Shown: positions 18,807-29,334, counted from the first letter of the stretch. The stretch is DNA of 54,865 bases from Coraliomargaritaceae bacterium (GCA_965656495.1 CBFHKU010000008.1:27739-82603), one strand, 5' to 3'. The notes: generated by a model not told the origin, from the sequence alone. Numbers and translations are program-made.

Positions 18807-19409
18807 ATGAGGGCAAACATACATACCGAGTTTCACCGGATGCTGGGACGCGAGGCGAAAGAGGCACAGCTATCGCAGCGGGGTCATGTCTTTTGGCTTT
18901 ATGGCTTGTCGGGCTCGGGGAAAAGCACCCTGGCGGTTGCCCTGGAGCGCGCTTTGGCAGAGGCGGGAATTTTCACGAAGCTGCTCGACGGGGATAATAT
19001 TCGAAGTCGGCTCAATCAGGATCTCGGATTTTCGGATGAGGATCGCGTGGAAAATATTCGCCGTATTTCGGAAGTGGCACGGCTCTTTGTTGAGTCGGGC
19101 GTGGTTGTTTTTGCCTCCTTCATAACCCCGACCCGCGCCTTGCGTGAGAACGTCGCTGATATTGTCGGTGCGGATGATTGCACCCGGGTTTATGTCAAGG
19201 CGAGTTATGAAACCTGCGCCAAGCGTGATGTGAAAGGACTCTACGCGAAGGCAGCGGCGGGCACGGTTAAAGACTTTACCGGTAAGGATTCCGGATTTGA
19301 GCCACCGCAGAGCGAAGATCCCGATTGGATAATTGATACCGATGCTTTGAGTGAAGCGGATGCGGTTCAGCAATTACTCGATTTAATGCTTCCCATGATC
19401 AAAGTTTAG
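18807..19409 (+). CDS. cysC: Adenylyl-sulfate kinase
   Basis: GLSGSGKST, LDGDNIR, DLGFS..DR.ENIRR, RDVKGLY, FTGKDS. Confidence 0.95.
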   Translation: MRANIHTEFHRMLGREAKEAQLSQRGHVFWLYGLSGSGKSTLAVALERALAEAGIFTKLLDGDNIRSRLNQDLGFSDEDRVENIRRISEVARLFVESGVVVFASFITPTRALRENVADIVGADDCTRVYVKASYETCAKRDVKGLYAKAAAGTVKDFTGKDSGFEPPQSEDPDWIIDTDALSEADAVQQLLDLMLPMIKV

Positions 19410-19441
19410 TAATCATTTCATAAGCGACCAACGAATTAACA

Positions 19442-20356
19442 ATGCACCAAGATTATTCCATCACGCACCTCAAACAGCTCGAGTCTGAGGCGATCTATAT
19501 TTTGCGCGAAACCGCTGCCCAATTTGAAAAGCCGGTTCTTCTCTTTTCTGGAGGGAAGGATTCCATCGTCATGGCGCATCTGGCAAAAAAAGCATTTTAT
19601 CCCGCTCGTTTGCCGTTCCCGCTGATGCACGTGGACACCGGTCACAATTTCCCTGAAACGATGGAGTATCGGGATCGCTTTATTGCGGAACTGGGTGCGG
19701 AATTAGTCGTGGCTTCGGTACAGGAGGCCATTGACGCCGGCAAGGTGAAGGAGGAGACCGGTCCCCATGCCAGCCGCAATGGATTGCAGACCGTTGCTTT
19801 ACTTGAAGGGCTTGAGGCCGGTAATTACGATGCCGCACTTGGTGGCGGGCGGCGCGATGAAGAAAAGGCGCGCGCCAAAGAACGGTTTTTCTCCCATCGG
19901 GATGCGTTCGGGCAATGGGACCCCAAGAATCAACGCCCGGAGTTGTGGAACATTTTCAACGGCCGTAAGCATCACGGTGAACACTTTCGTGTATTTCCGC
20001 TGAGCAATTGGACGGAAATGGACATCTGGCAATACATCAAGCTGGAGGAGATTGATTTACCCAGCCTGTATTTTTCGCATAAGCGCCCCTGTTTTGTACG
20101 GAACGGGGTTATTATGGCGGTGACTGATTTCATTGAGCTCCTTCCGGATGAAGCAGCTCAAGTAAAAGACATGCAGATTCGTTTTCGCACAATCGGGGAC
20201 GCAACTTGCACGGGGGCAGCACTTTCCGATGCCTCGGACCTGGATGCCATTATTGGAGAAGTTGCGGCGGCGCGACAAACCGAGCGTGGCACGCGGGCGG
20301 ATGACAAACGCTCCGAGACTGCGATGGAAGACCGCAAAAAGGAGGGATACTTCTAA
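19442..20356 (+). CDS. cysD: Sulfate adenylyltransferase subunit 2
   Basis: LLFSGGKDS, RRDEEKARAKER, WDPKNQRPELW, MEDRKKEGYF. Confidence 0.96.
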   Translation: MHQDYSITHLKQLESEAIYILRETAAQFEKPVLLFSGGKDSIVMAHLAKKAFYPARLPFPLMHVDTGHNFPETMEYRDRFIAELGAELVVASVQEAIDAGKVKEETGPHASRNGLQTVALLEGLEAGNYDAALGGGRRDEEKARAKERFFSHRDAFGQWDPKNQRPELWNIFNGRKHHGEHFRVFPLSNWTEMDIWQYIKLEEIDLPSLYFSHKRPCFVRNGVIMAVTDFIELLPDEAAQVKDMQIRFRTIGDATCTGAALSDASDLDAIIGEVAAARQTERGTRADDKRSETAMEDRKKEGYF

Positions 20357-20410
20357 GCCCTGCGAAGCGAATTCTTATACCTACAATTCAAACATTTCTT
20401 TTTTAATAGT

Positions 20411-21694
20411 ATGACTGAAACGAATACAGCCGCCGGCTACCTCGATATGGACCTTCTTCGCTTTACGACCGCCGGTTCGGTGGACGATGGCAAAAGCACC
20501 CTCATTGGTCGTCTTCTCTACGATAGCAAAGCTATTTTTGAAGACCAGCTTGAGGCGGTTGAGAAGAGCTCAAAATCACGGGGCGATGAAAATGTGAATC
20601 TCGCACTCCTGACGGATGGCTTGCGCTCGGAACGGGAGCAGGGGATAACGATCGACGTGGCGTATCGTTATTTTGCGACGCCGAAGCGTAAGTTCATCAT
20701 CGCAGACACTCCGGGGCACACGCAATACACCCGCAATATGGTTACGGGGGCATCGACCGCGAATCTGGCTATTTTATTAGTGGATGCCCGCAAGGGTATC
20801 ATCGAGCAGACTTGCCGCCATGCGTTCATCGCAAATCTTTTACGCATCCAGCACGTGGTTGTCTGCGTCAATAAAATGGATTTGGTCGACTGGGATGAGG
20901 GTACGTATAATGCGATCGTAGAGGATTTTAAGAAGTTCGCTTCGCGCCTCGATAATATTGTGGAGGTTACCTTTATTCCGGCGAGCGCGCTTTTGGGTGA
21001 CAACATCGTCGATAAATCTTCCAACATGCCTTGGTATCAGGGTCCAACCCTGCTCTATCATTTGGAGACGGTCTATATTGGCGGCGACGAGAACCACATC
21101 GACGCCCGTTTTCCAGTACAATGGGTGATACGTCCGCACTCGGACAAATGGCATGATTTTCGCGGTTTTGCGGGGCGGATTGCCGGCGGTGTCTACAAGC
21201 CCGGCGATAAGGTAAAAGTTTTACCCTCCGGTTTTGAATCTACGATCAAGGGAATCCACACCATGGATGGTGAGTTGGAGGAAGCTTTTGCGCCGATGTC
21301 GGTCGCGCTGACGCTGGAGGACGAGATCGATATCTCGCGGGGTGATATGCTAGTGAAGCTGAATAATCCGCCTGAGCCGAAACAGGATATTGAAGCGATG
21401 ATCTGCTGGTTTTCTGCGGACAAAAAGCTCGCGGGACGCGGTAAATATATTTTACGCCACACTGAAAAAGAGGTTAAGGCCTTGGTTCAGGAGGTGCGTT
21501 ATAAGGTGAACATCAACACTTTGCATAAAATAGAGGACGACTTGGTCTTCAGTCACAACGACATCGGCCGTATTTCGATCCGCACATCGGCACCACTGAT
21601 AGCTGACAGCTATCGCCGGAATCGCATCACCGGCAGTTTCGTTCTGATTGACGAACAAACCAACGAGACGGTTGCGGCTGGAATGATCATTTGA
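20411..21694 (+). CDS. cysN: Sulfate adenylyltransferase subunit 1 (GTPase)
   Basis: GSVDDGKSTLIGRLL, EREQGITIDVAYRYF, DTPGH, NKMD, TVAAGMI. No fused kinase domain. Confidence 0.96.
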   Translation: MTETNTAAGYLDMDLLRFTTAGSVDDGKSTLIGRLLYDSKAIFEDQLEAVEKSSKSRGDENVNLALLTDGLRSEREQGITIDVAYRYFATPKRKFIIADTPGHTQYTRNMVTGASTANLAILLVDARKGIIEQTCRHAFIANLLRIQHVVVCVNKMDLVDWDEGTYNAIVEDFKKFASRLDNIVEVTFIPASALLGDNIVDKSSNMPWYQGPTLLYHLETVYIGGDENHIDARFPVQWVIRPHSDKWHDFRGFAGRIAGGVYKPGDKVKVLPSGFESTIKGIHTMDGELEEAFAPMSVALTLEDEIDISRGDMLVKLNNPPEPKQDIEAMICWFSADKKLAGRGKYILRHTEKEVKALVQEVRYKVNINTLHKIEDDLVFSHNDIGRISIRTSAPLIADSYRRNRITGSFVLIDEQTNETVAAGMII

Positions 21695-21764
21695 ATCCGG
21701 GGCGAAAGTGGCTCTGCGCTTGAGGGTTGCCAGCAGCCGGATTCGAGCTACATATCTAGACCCA

Positions 21765-22691
21765 ATGAATACATTTTCCAAGATCCGCTGCGGGGTAGTC
21801 GGAACCGGTTATTTGGGCCAGCACCACGCGCGCATCTATGAGGCGCTCGAAGACTGTGAGTTTGTCGGGATTGTTGAATCCAATGATGCCCGTGCCGCAG
21901 AAATCTGCGAGCGCCATCAATGCAAACGGTTTGATTCGCTTGAAGCGTTGGCGGATGCCTGTGATGCCGTTAGTATTGTAGTGCCGACGGACAAACACAG
22001 TGAGGTGGCGCTGCCGCTTCTGGCGGGCGGTTGCCATTTGTTAATTGAGAAGCCGCTCTGCGCGAGTATGAAGGAGGCGGAGGAGATTTTATCGGCAGCA
22101 AAGACGGCGGGCTGTATTGTGCAGGTGGGTCATATCGAGCATTACAATCCGGTGATGGGTTATTTGGAAAAGGCAGTGACCGCGCCGCAATACATCACTG
22201 CAGACCGTTTGGCACCCTATAATCCCCGGGGCACGGAGGTCGGCGTGGTGTTGGATTTAATGATCCACGACCTCGGTGTAATTCTTGCATTGGTTCGCTC
22301 GCCGGTTGCTTCGGTTGAGGCGGTTGGTGTGAATGTGCTTTCGAACAGTGAGGATATTGCGAATGCGCGCATTGTTTTTGAGAATGGCTGTGTGGCTAAT
22401 ATTAATACCAGCCGGGTCAGCATGAAGAAAGTGCGTGAAATCCGTGTCTTTCAGTCGGCAAACTACCTGTCGTTGGATTTCATGAATCAAACCGGTCACT
22501 TCCTGAAGAAGGAAGGGGAGGAATTGATACGTGAGAATATTCCCATTGAAAAAGAAGAACCACTGAAATTGGAACTGGCTTCTTTCGTGAAGGTGGTAAG
22601 GGAAGCGGGCGAACCGAAAGTCGGTGCGGATCTTGGGCGATCAGCCTTGGAGTTGGCGATTCAGGTGAGCGAACTTGTCTCGAAATCTTAG
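21765..22691 (+). CDS. Gfo/Idh/MocA oxidoreductase, GnnA-like
   Basis: GTGYLGQHHAR, LIEKP, QVGHIE..NP, VVLDLMIHD, DIANAR. Directly upstream of lpxB. Confidence 0.8.
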   Translation: MNTFSKIRCGVVGTGYLGQHHARIYEALEDCEFVGIVESNDARAAEICERHQCKRFDSLEALADACDAVSIVVPTDKHSEVALPLLAGGCHLLIEKPLCASMKEAEEILSAAKTAGCIVQVGHIEHYNPVMGYLEKAVTAPQYITADRLAPYNPRGTEVGVVLDLMIHDLGVILALVRSPVASVEAVGVNVLSNSEDIANARIVFENGCVANINTSRVSMKKVREIRVFQSANYLSLDFMNQTGHFLKKEGEELIRENIPIEKEEPLKLELASFVKVVREAGEPKVGADLGRSALELAIQVSELVSKS

Positions 22692-22705
22692 TCTGATTGC
22701 CTGCA

Positions 22706-23881
22706 ATGAATGCACCGCTTCAAACTCCGGCCGCTTTTGAAGGGCCGCGTGTCTCAAGGGTAGACCTGTTGATTGTATGTGGGGAGCATTCGGGTGATGA
22801 ACATGCCGCGGAGATGCTGGCTCAGTTGCGTTTGGAAAAGCCTGATTTAAAAGTCGCTTGCTTGGGAGGGCCAAGACTGGCGGCTGCAGGGGCGCAGTTG
22901 CTCTATGACCTCACGGCGGTCTCGGTGGTCGGTTTCATCGAAGTGGTGCGGCATTATTCATTTTTTAAAGGTCTGTTTGACTGCACGCTCGACTGGATTG
23001 AGCAATACGAACCGAAGCATATCTGTTTTGTTGACTATCCCGGTTTTAATTTGCGCTTGGCGAAGGAGCTGCACAAACGGGGTCTGAGTCGAAAAGGTGG
23101 GGGAAGGATTGGCCTGAATTATTACATCGGCCCTCAGATTTGGGCATGGAAGGCGAAGCGACGTTTCCAGATGGCGGAGTTAATTGACCGCTTGAGCGTG
23201 ATTTTTCCTTTTGAGGTCGAATGCTATAAGGATACGGACTTGCCAGTGGAATACGTGGTGCACCCCTTTGCGCGCGAAGGTCACCGGTTTCCGTTTTATT
23301 ATGAGTCCACCGGCCCGGTATTATTGCTTCCCGGCAGCCGGACCGCCGCATGTGAACGCATCTTTCCTGTATTGCTAGCGGGTTTCAGCAGGGCCCGCAA
23401 AGTGAAACCGAAACTGCGCGCGCAGGTTATTTATCCCAGCGAGCGCATTCGCGAAGTTTTGGAAACCATCTTGCAGGATTTTCCCGAAATGAAAGATGGG
23501 GTAGAATTGATCGAAAAATCGGACGAGCGCATCGGAGTACAGGCAGCCTTGATGAGTTCGGGAACGATGTCGCTGGCCGTTGCAATGAGCGGTATTCCGG
23601 GGGCGATTGCTTACCGCATGAACGCATGGAGTTATCGTTTGAGTCGTTTATTGGTGAAGATTCCCTTTATCGGGATTTCAAACTTGCTTTTGAATCGTCC
23701 GTTGCATCCCGAATTTATTCAAGGTGCTGCAAGCGCGGAAAATCTTAGCGCCGCTTTGCTGGAAGCTTGCACGGCGGAATCTGTAGCGGAGGCGGAGGCG
23801 GGTTCCGATGCTTTGAAAGCGGCCCTGCATCCGAAAGGCGCGTCTCAAGCGGAAGCCTGGTTGCTGCGCGGGCTGGATTAA
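22706..23881 (+). CDS. lpxB: Lipid-A-disaccharide synthase
   Basis: GEHSGD, VDYPGFN, PQIWAW, IFPFE, LLPGSR, SGT, PEFIQ. Confidence 0.93.
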   Translation: MNAPLQTPAAFEGPRVSRVDLLIVCGEHSGDEHAAEMLAQLRLEKPDLKVACLGGPRLAAAGAQLLYDLTAVSVVGFIEVVRHYSFFKGLFDCTLDWIEQYEPKHICFVDYPGFNLRLAKELHKRGLSRKGGGRIGLNYYIGPQIWAWKAKRRFQMAELIDRLSVIFPFEVECYKDTDLPVEYVVHPFAREGHRFPFYYESTGPVLLLPGSRTAACERIFPVLLAGFSRARKVKPKLRAQVIYPSERIREVLETILQDFPEMKDGVELIEKSDERIGVQAALMSSGTMSLAVAMSGIPGAIAYRMNAWSYRLSRLLVKIPFIGISNLLLNRPLHPEFIQGAASAENLSAALLEACTAESVAEAEAGSDALKAALHPKGASQAEAWLLRGLD

Positions 23882-25218
23882 ATTTTTGCGGCAATTGCAG
23901 CTTCCAGGCAGTAGCTGAGCGAAATTCCGTTTCGGTAGTTCGACATGATTTCGAAGCCCGGGTAGCGGGTTTCAGCATCCGTAATGGTTTTTAAATAATG
24001 CCCATAGCCAATTTTATATTGTGGAATGGCGCGCGGCCAATGCGCCAAGTGCCGCATCACGGGCGCTTCTTTTATGCCCAGCAATTCAGTTAGATCCGGC
24101 ATCACCCTTTGTTCTAAAAGCGAAGCATCGCTGCAGCTCAGGTGGGGCTGGCGATCGCCCCCAACAAATACGGTTAGCAGGACCGAGCCTTCGGGCGCGC
24201 GGCCTTCAAAAAAACTTGAGGGGAACAGTGCCCCAAGGATGGAGCGTTGTTCACACTCCGGCACAAGGACGCCAAAGCCGTCCAGCAAATGATCCACCGC
24301 ATTGCGACTAAAGCCCAAACTTAAAACGGATACAGGCGGGTATTCAATTGCGGCAAGTGGGGCAAGCGCTTCCTGTAAATCGTCTGGTAGGGGAAGTTCG
24401 CTGAGGGCATAGGCGGGAGTGGTGATAATGACGCGGTCATAGCGTTCAGGCTTACCATTCCACTCGACGGTCCAGTCGGTATCATTGCGTTTAATGCCCT
24501 CGATCCGGACGCCGGTTTGCACGCTGGCACCAAGGGCTTTGGAGAGGTATTGCGGCAGGGACTCCAGACCATCTTTAAAGCTGATAATGCTTTTCTTGAA
24601 CCGGGGCTGTCCTCGTTTTGTTGAGGCACGCATATTAGCCAGAGCGCCACGGATCAAGCCACCATGCTGCGCTTCGAGGGCATACAACTTTGGGAATCCA
24701 TAGCGCAGGGAAAGTGCTTCGGGTTTGCCGGCGTAGATGCCACCGACCAGTGGATTGATGGCGTAGCGGTAGAGTTCGCTCCCCAATCGACGGCAAACGA
24801 AGTCCGCCACACTCTCCTCGCTTGTGTCCTCGCGGCGGGGGATGAAGGGTTCTTTGAGTACGCGCAGTTTTGCGGGTAGGGACCAAAGTGGGGTAGTGAG
24901 GGCTTGGAGCGGGCCCATCGGCACCGGATGAACACGTCCGTTGCGCACGAGGAAGCGCTTGTTTGCCGCAGTGTTAGCAGTGATCTGTTGGTCCTCCAAG
25001 CCGGGAATGGAACTGAGAAAAGCGGCGACTTCCGGGTTGCTTATTTGGAGAGAATTCGGGCCGGCCTCGGCGAGAAAGCCATCAATCCGTTCACTTCTTA
25101 TCGCACCGCCAAGGCGCTGTGTCTTTTCCAGTATAATACAATCGGCACCTTGCTGTTTTAATTTCCAGGCGGCTGCCAAGCCGCTGATTCCGGCGCCGAT
25201 GATGCATATTTTAGGCAT
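23878..25218 (-). CDS. hemY: Protoporphyrinogen/coproporphyrinogen oxidase (HemY-type)
   Basis: IIGAGISGLAAA, EAGPNS, GGIYAG, WPRAIPQY. Coupled to hemE. Confidence 0.9.
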   Translation of the reverse strand: MPKICIIGAGISGLAAAWKLKQQGADCIILEKTQRLGGAIRSERIDGFLAEAGPNSLQISNPEVAAFLSSIPGLEDQQITANTAANKRFLVRNGRVHPVPMGPLQALTTPLWSLPAKLRVLKEPFIPRREDTSEESVADFVCRRLGSELYRYAINPLVGGIYAGKPEALSLRYGFPKLYALEAQHGGLIRGALANMRASTKRGQPRFKKSIISFKDGLESLPQYLSKALGASVQTGVRIEGIKRNDTDWTVEWNGKPERYDRVIITTPAYALSELPLPDDLQEALAPLAAIEYPPVSVLSLGFSRNAVDHLLDGFGVLVPECEQRSILGALFPSSFFEGRAPEGSVLLTVFVGGDRQPHLSCSDASLLEQRVMPDLTELLGIKEAPVMRHLAHWPRAIPQYKIGYGHYLKTITDAETRYPGFEIMSNYRNGISLSYCLEAAIAAKI

Positions 25219-26242
25219 GATTCCATTGGGTGACGCTGTCCAGCAATGCTTCGACACATTCAATCTTTGCATGAGGCAGCATGCCGTGTCCGAGATTGAA
25301 GATATGGCCCGGGAAGTGGGCCGTTTCTTTTAAGATCGTGACTGCTTCCTGGCGGGTGAGCTCGGGGGTCGTAGTCAATATTGCGGGATCGAGGTTTCCT
25401 TGTAGTGCAATGGGAGCATCAAGGGTCGCATGAATTTTTGAGAGGGGCAGGGTCCAGTCGAGGCTCAGGGCTTTGGCGCCGGTCGCGGCGAGTTGAGCGG
25501 CATGGTGGCCCATGCCTTTAGCGTATAGTATAACCGGGACTTCAGAATCAAGCGCGTTGATAATGTCTTGGATCCATTTTAGCGACCACTTCTGGTAGTG
25601 ACTGTGCGGACAGAGCGCGGCCCATGAATCGAAAATTTGAACCGCATCGACGCCCGCCTTGATTTGCATTTTTAAATAATCGATGCAGGCTTCGCTGATT
25701 TTCTGCATGAGTTGCTCAAATTGTTTTGGTTCACGCAGGGCGAGATATTTAATTTTTGAGAAATCTTTGCTGGAACCGCCTTCGACCATATAAGTCGCCA
25801 AGGTCCAGGGCGAGCCGCAGAAACCCAGGAGCGCGCGGGAAGTTCCCAATTCTTTTCGCGTCATTTCGAGGGCTTCACCTACATAACCGAGTCGGTCTTC
25901 GATACCGGAGCTGTTGAGCGCCGCAATTTTTTCCGGTGCATCCAAGGCATAATTCATCGCGATGCCTCCGGATTCACGAAAATGATAACCTTGTCCCAGC
26001 GCTTCAGGGATAACAAGAATATCGGAGAAGATTATGGCGGCATCGAGGGGGAAGCGTTGCATCGGCTGAAGCGTAACTTCTGTTGCAAGCTCGGGGGTTT
26101 GAACCAGCGTGAGGAAGTCGTAACGTTGCTTGAGGCTACGGTATTCCGGCAGGTAACGCCCGGCTTGGCGCATCAACCAAATCGGGGGGCGATCAAGCGG
26201 GGTGCAGTTGGCCGCTGCTAGAAAGCGTTCACGTGATGTCAT
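25211..26242 (-). CDS. hemE: Uroporphyrinogen decarboxylase
   Basis: PIWLMRQAGRYLPEYR, AAIIFSDIL, QIFDSW, QGNLDP, FNLGHG. Confidence 0.96.
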   Translation of the reverse strand: MTSRERFLAAANCTPLDRPPIWLMRQAGRYLPEYRSLKQRYDFLTLVQTPELATEVTLQPMQRFPLDAAIIFSDILVIPEALGQGYHFRESGGIAMNYALDAPEKIAALNSSGIEDRLGYVGEALEMTRKELGTSRALLGFCGSPWTLATYMVEGGSSKDFSKIKYLALREPKQFEQLMQKISEACIDYLKMQIKAGVDAVQIFDSWAALCPHSHYQKWSLKWIQDIINALDSEVPVILYAKGMGHHAAQLAATGAKALSLDWTLPLSKIHATLDAPIALQGNLDPAILTTTPELTRQEAVTILKETAHFPGHIFNLGHGMLPHAKIECVEALLDSVTQWNHA

Positions 26243-26348
26243 TGTTTGTAAAAAGTCTTGGTTTTTGGGAACCTGTCTTCATTTTCGTTTTAAAGAAATA
26301 GAGATTGATGTGCAGGGCAAATATCCGCAAGAGTTCAATTCTGATTAT

Positions 26349-27281
26349 ATGAAGAGAGAGGTGAGTCAGAACGCCAAGAATAAAGCGGATGCGGTATTTA
26401 TTGCCGGCTGTGGTTATGTAGGCTCCGCGCTGGCAGAGCAGCTTAAGAAAAAGGGTGTTAAGGTCGGAGCACTGACGCGGAATGAGGAACGGGCCGCAGA
26501 GCTGCGTGAACTCGGCTTGGATGAGGTAGTAGTCGCCGATTTGGATAGTCGAGAATGGCACGATAAACTTAATCTTAAATACAGAGCAGTTGTAAATTGT
26601 GTGAGTTCTGCGGGCGGTGGGCTTGCAGGTTATCAAAAGTCATATGTTGAAGGGCAGCGCTCACTCCTTGAGTGGGCACAGGTCGCGCAACCGGAAATCA
26701 TTTGCTATACCAGCAGCACTTCGGTCTACCCGCAAAGCGATGGGGTCTGGGTGGACGAAACCGCATCGACTGAACCTAGTACGGAAACCTCGGCTCTATT
26801 GCTTGAGGCGGAACAAATGCTGCTGCAATCTGAGTCTTTTCCAGGAAAGGCCTTTGTATTGCGCTTGGCTGGAATTTACGGCCCCGGTCGGCATTACCTT
26901 ATTGACCAGATTAAGGGCGGAGAAACGGTATTAGCGGGCGAGGGACGACATCACTTGAACCTTATTCATCGAGATGATGCCGTCAGCGGAATTATGGCGG
27001 TCATCGAATCTAAGCAAGATTTCGCTGGGGGAATCTATAACCTATGCGACGGTCAGCCATACATTCAGTCGGATATAGTGCGCTGGGTGGCAGCTTCGTT
27101 GAGTGTAAATTGTCCGAGCTTCGATCCGGAAATGAAAACAGCGCGGATGCTTCGCAGGAAAGGGAAGTCACCCGATCGTAAAATCAGCAATAAGAAATTA
27201 ATCGAGACCACCTCATGGCGCGCAAAATTCCCCAATTTCAAGGCTGGTTATAAAGCTTTACTTGAAGATGAGTGTAAATAA
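26349..27281 (+). CDS. NAD-dependent epimerase/dehydratase (atypical SDR, YeeZ-like)
   Basis: IAGCGYVG, YTSSTSVY, LRLAGIYGPGR, NLIHRDD. Start estimated. Confidence 0.85.
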   Translation: MKREVSQNAKNKADAVFIAGCGYVGSALAEQLKKKGVKVGALTRNEERAAELRELGLDEVVVADLDSREWHDKLNLKYRAVVNCVSSAGGGLAGYQKSYVEGQRSLLEWAQVAQPEIICYTSSTSVYPQSDGVWVDETASTEPSTETSALLLEAEQMLLQSESFPGKAFVLRLAGIYGPGRHYLIDQIKGGETVLAGEGRHHLNLIHRDDAVSGIMAVIESKQDFAGGIYNLCDGQPYIQSDIVRWVAASLSVNCPSFDPEMKTARMLRRKGKSPDRKISNKKLIETTSWRAKFPNFKAGYKALLEDECK

Positions 27282-27370
27282 ATTTGACAGAATCAGAAAT
27301 ATTAGCAACGTAGTTGGGTATATTAAACGTAATTTAAAATATATATACTGTAAATAAACACTTAGAGACC

Positions 27371-28189
27371 ATGTCACTTTTTAAAAAGGCCAACAAAATA
27401 ACAAAAGATAAGTTTCGAAAGGGTGAAATCATTTTCCAGATGGGTGAATACGGCGAATATGCTTACCGAATCTTGGAGGGTGAAGTTGAGATTCTGATTA
27501 GTGATGATGAGCAGGAAGTAACGCTTGCACAATTGGGTGCTGGCGAAGTTTTCGGTGAAATGGGAATGATTGGGCGTTCTCCGCGCTCGGCGACAGCGAG
27601 AGCGATGAGCGCCCTGAAGGTTGAGGTTATGAGCGAAGAAGAGTTTAACCAAAGACTCTTAAAAAACACTGATGCGCTGATACCCTATCTTTCCTCGATT
27701 TTCAATCGTACCCGTTCTTTGAATCACCAAATACAGGAACTTCAACTGAAGGGTGCCAGCTATAAGAAAAAAGAAAGTAAACCCATACTCGGAGAAGAAT
27801 TAGGAATAAAATCGATTTATTTAACTGGAGATTCTGAGTTTTTAAAAAGACAAGGTTCATTAAAAAATCGCGAGGTGGATGAGTTTCCCTTTTATATTGG
27901 TCGCAGGAGAGAAACTGCGGCAGTGGATGTTTTTCAGAAAAATCAATTGGCGATATATGATGAGCAGCCTTATAGCATCTCCCGCAATCACTGTGCTATT
28001 GAGATGATAGATGGCTCTGTTTATGTTCGTGATAGGGGTAGTTACGCTGGGACGATAGTGAACGGCAAGCGCATCAATGGTAATGGAACAAGTGTTGATC
28101 GCGTCGAGCTGAATGCTGGAGAAAACAGCCTGATTCTGGGTGGAGCGGAGAGCAGAATTCGCCTCAAGCTTGTCATTGAGTCGCATTAA
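27371..28189 (+). CDS. Cyclic-nucleotide-binding domain + FHA domain protein
   Basis: N-terminal IF..GE..GEVEI..GEVFGEM...PRSATARA. C-terminal FYIGR...ISRNHC..VRDRGSYAGTIVNG. Confidence 0.85.
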   Translation: MSLFKKANKITKDKFRKGEIIFQMGEYGEYAYRILEGEVEILISDDEQEVTLAQLGAGEVFGEMGMIGRSPRSATARAMSALKVEVMSEEEFNQRLLKNTDALIPYLSSIFNRTRSLNHQIQELQLKGASYKKKESKPILGEELGIKSIYLTGDSEFLKRQGSLKNREVDEFPFYIGRRRETAAVDVFQKNQLAIYDEQPYSISRNHCAIEMIDGSVYVRDRGSYAGTIVNGKRINGNGTSVDRVELNAGENSLILGGAESRIRLKLVIESH

Positions 28190-28290
28190 TTCCCCTTACG
28201 ATAGTCCGGTGCCTTACAATCGGCTTGACCGAAGGTGGGGGCGGGTTGACTCTGTGCTGTATTGTTTAACATCTATTAGGAGGTATATTT

Positions 28291-28602
28291 ATGGCAGGAG
28301 TAGGAAAACTTTTGAAGCAGGCGCAGAAGATGCAGCGTCAAATGCAGGCGATACAAGAGGAGCTTGCAGAGAAGGAACTTGAGGTATCGAGCGGTGGGGG
28401 TGCAGTGCACATCAAAATTTCGGGACAAGGGGAATTCCGTGAACTGAAAATAGATCCTGAATTTTTGAAAGAGGATGGTGAATTTATCGAGGAAACTTTA
28501 TTAAATGCCATCCGGGAGGCCGCTGAAAAAGCAAAAGCGGTCAGCGAAGAATCAATGAGCGCTGCAACCGGCGGAATGGGTGGCTTCCCCGGATTGATGT
28601 AA
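28291..28602 (+). CDS. ybaB: YbaB/EbfC nucleoid-associated protein
   Basis: LLKQAQKMQ..Q, SGGGAV, KIDP. Strong AGGAGG RBS; precedes recR. Confidence 0.92.
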   Translation: MAGVGKLLKQAQKMQRQMQAIQEELAEKELEVSSGGGAVHIKISGQGEFRELKIDPEFLKEDGEFIEETLLNAIREAAEKAKAVSEESMSAATGGMGGFPGLM

Positions 28603-28603
28603 G

Positions 28604-29200
28604 GTGACACCCGCGTTTGAACAATTACTGCAGGCCCTGAAGCAATTACCGGGATTGGGTTTTCGCTCAGCTGAGCGCATTGCCCTGCATCTCTTGGTTG
28701 AGCACCCGGAAGCGGGTGAGGAATTGAGGGCTTGCCTGGAAAGGGCGGCGGGGTCGGTGCAAAAGTGCTCCATCTGTGGACATTTATCTGAGTCTGAAAA
28801 GTGTGAAATCTGCATGGACGAAAAGCGTGATAATTCGCGACTTTGTGTCGTGGAGCATGTGCCGGATCTTTTCTCGCTGGAGCGATCCGGTGCGTGGACG
28901 GGAGGCTATCATGTGCTGCACGGTAAATTGTCGCCTATCCATGGCGTGGGTCCGGAACAACTCAATATGGCTGCTCTGAGAAGCCGCATTGAGAGCGGGG
29001 CGGTTAAGGAGTTGGTTTTAGCGCTGAGTAATGACATCGAAGGTCAGGCGACGTGCCATTATATTCAGGAGGAAATTGTCGCTAGTCTTGAGGTTGAGAT
29101 TACGCGGATTGGGTTTGGGCTGCCAAGTGGCGGCGGAGTGACCTTCGCCGATTCAGTGACCTTGAGGAGCGCGTTGGATAGTCGGCGCACCTACCAATGA
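28604..29200 (+). CDS. recR: Recombination mediator RecR
   Basis: LPGLGFRSAERIA (HhH), C4 zinc finger, YHVLHG.LSP..G.GP, Toprim domain. Confidence 0.95.
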   Translation: MTPAFEQLLQALKQLPGLGFRSAERIALHLLVEHPEAGEELRACLERAAGSVQKCSICGHLSESEKCEICMDEKRDNSRLCVVEHVPDLFSLERSGAWTGGYHVLHGKLSPIHGVGPEQLNMAALRSRIESGAVKELVLALSNDIEGQATCHYIQEEIVASLEVEITRIGFGLPSGGGVTFADSVTLRSALDSRRTYQ

Positions 29201-29208
29201 GTGGACAC

Positions 29209-29235
29209 AAAAAAACCGAACAAATTCGTCCGGTT
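29209..29235 (-). terminator. Intrinsic terminator after tRNA-Leu
   Basis: Minus strand AACCGGAC-gaattt-GTTCGGTT plus a T run. Confidence 0.75.
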
Positions 29236-29239
29236 AATT

Positions 29240-29334
<95 letters not shown>

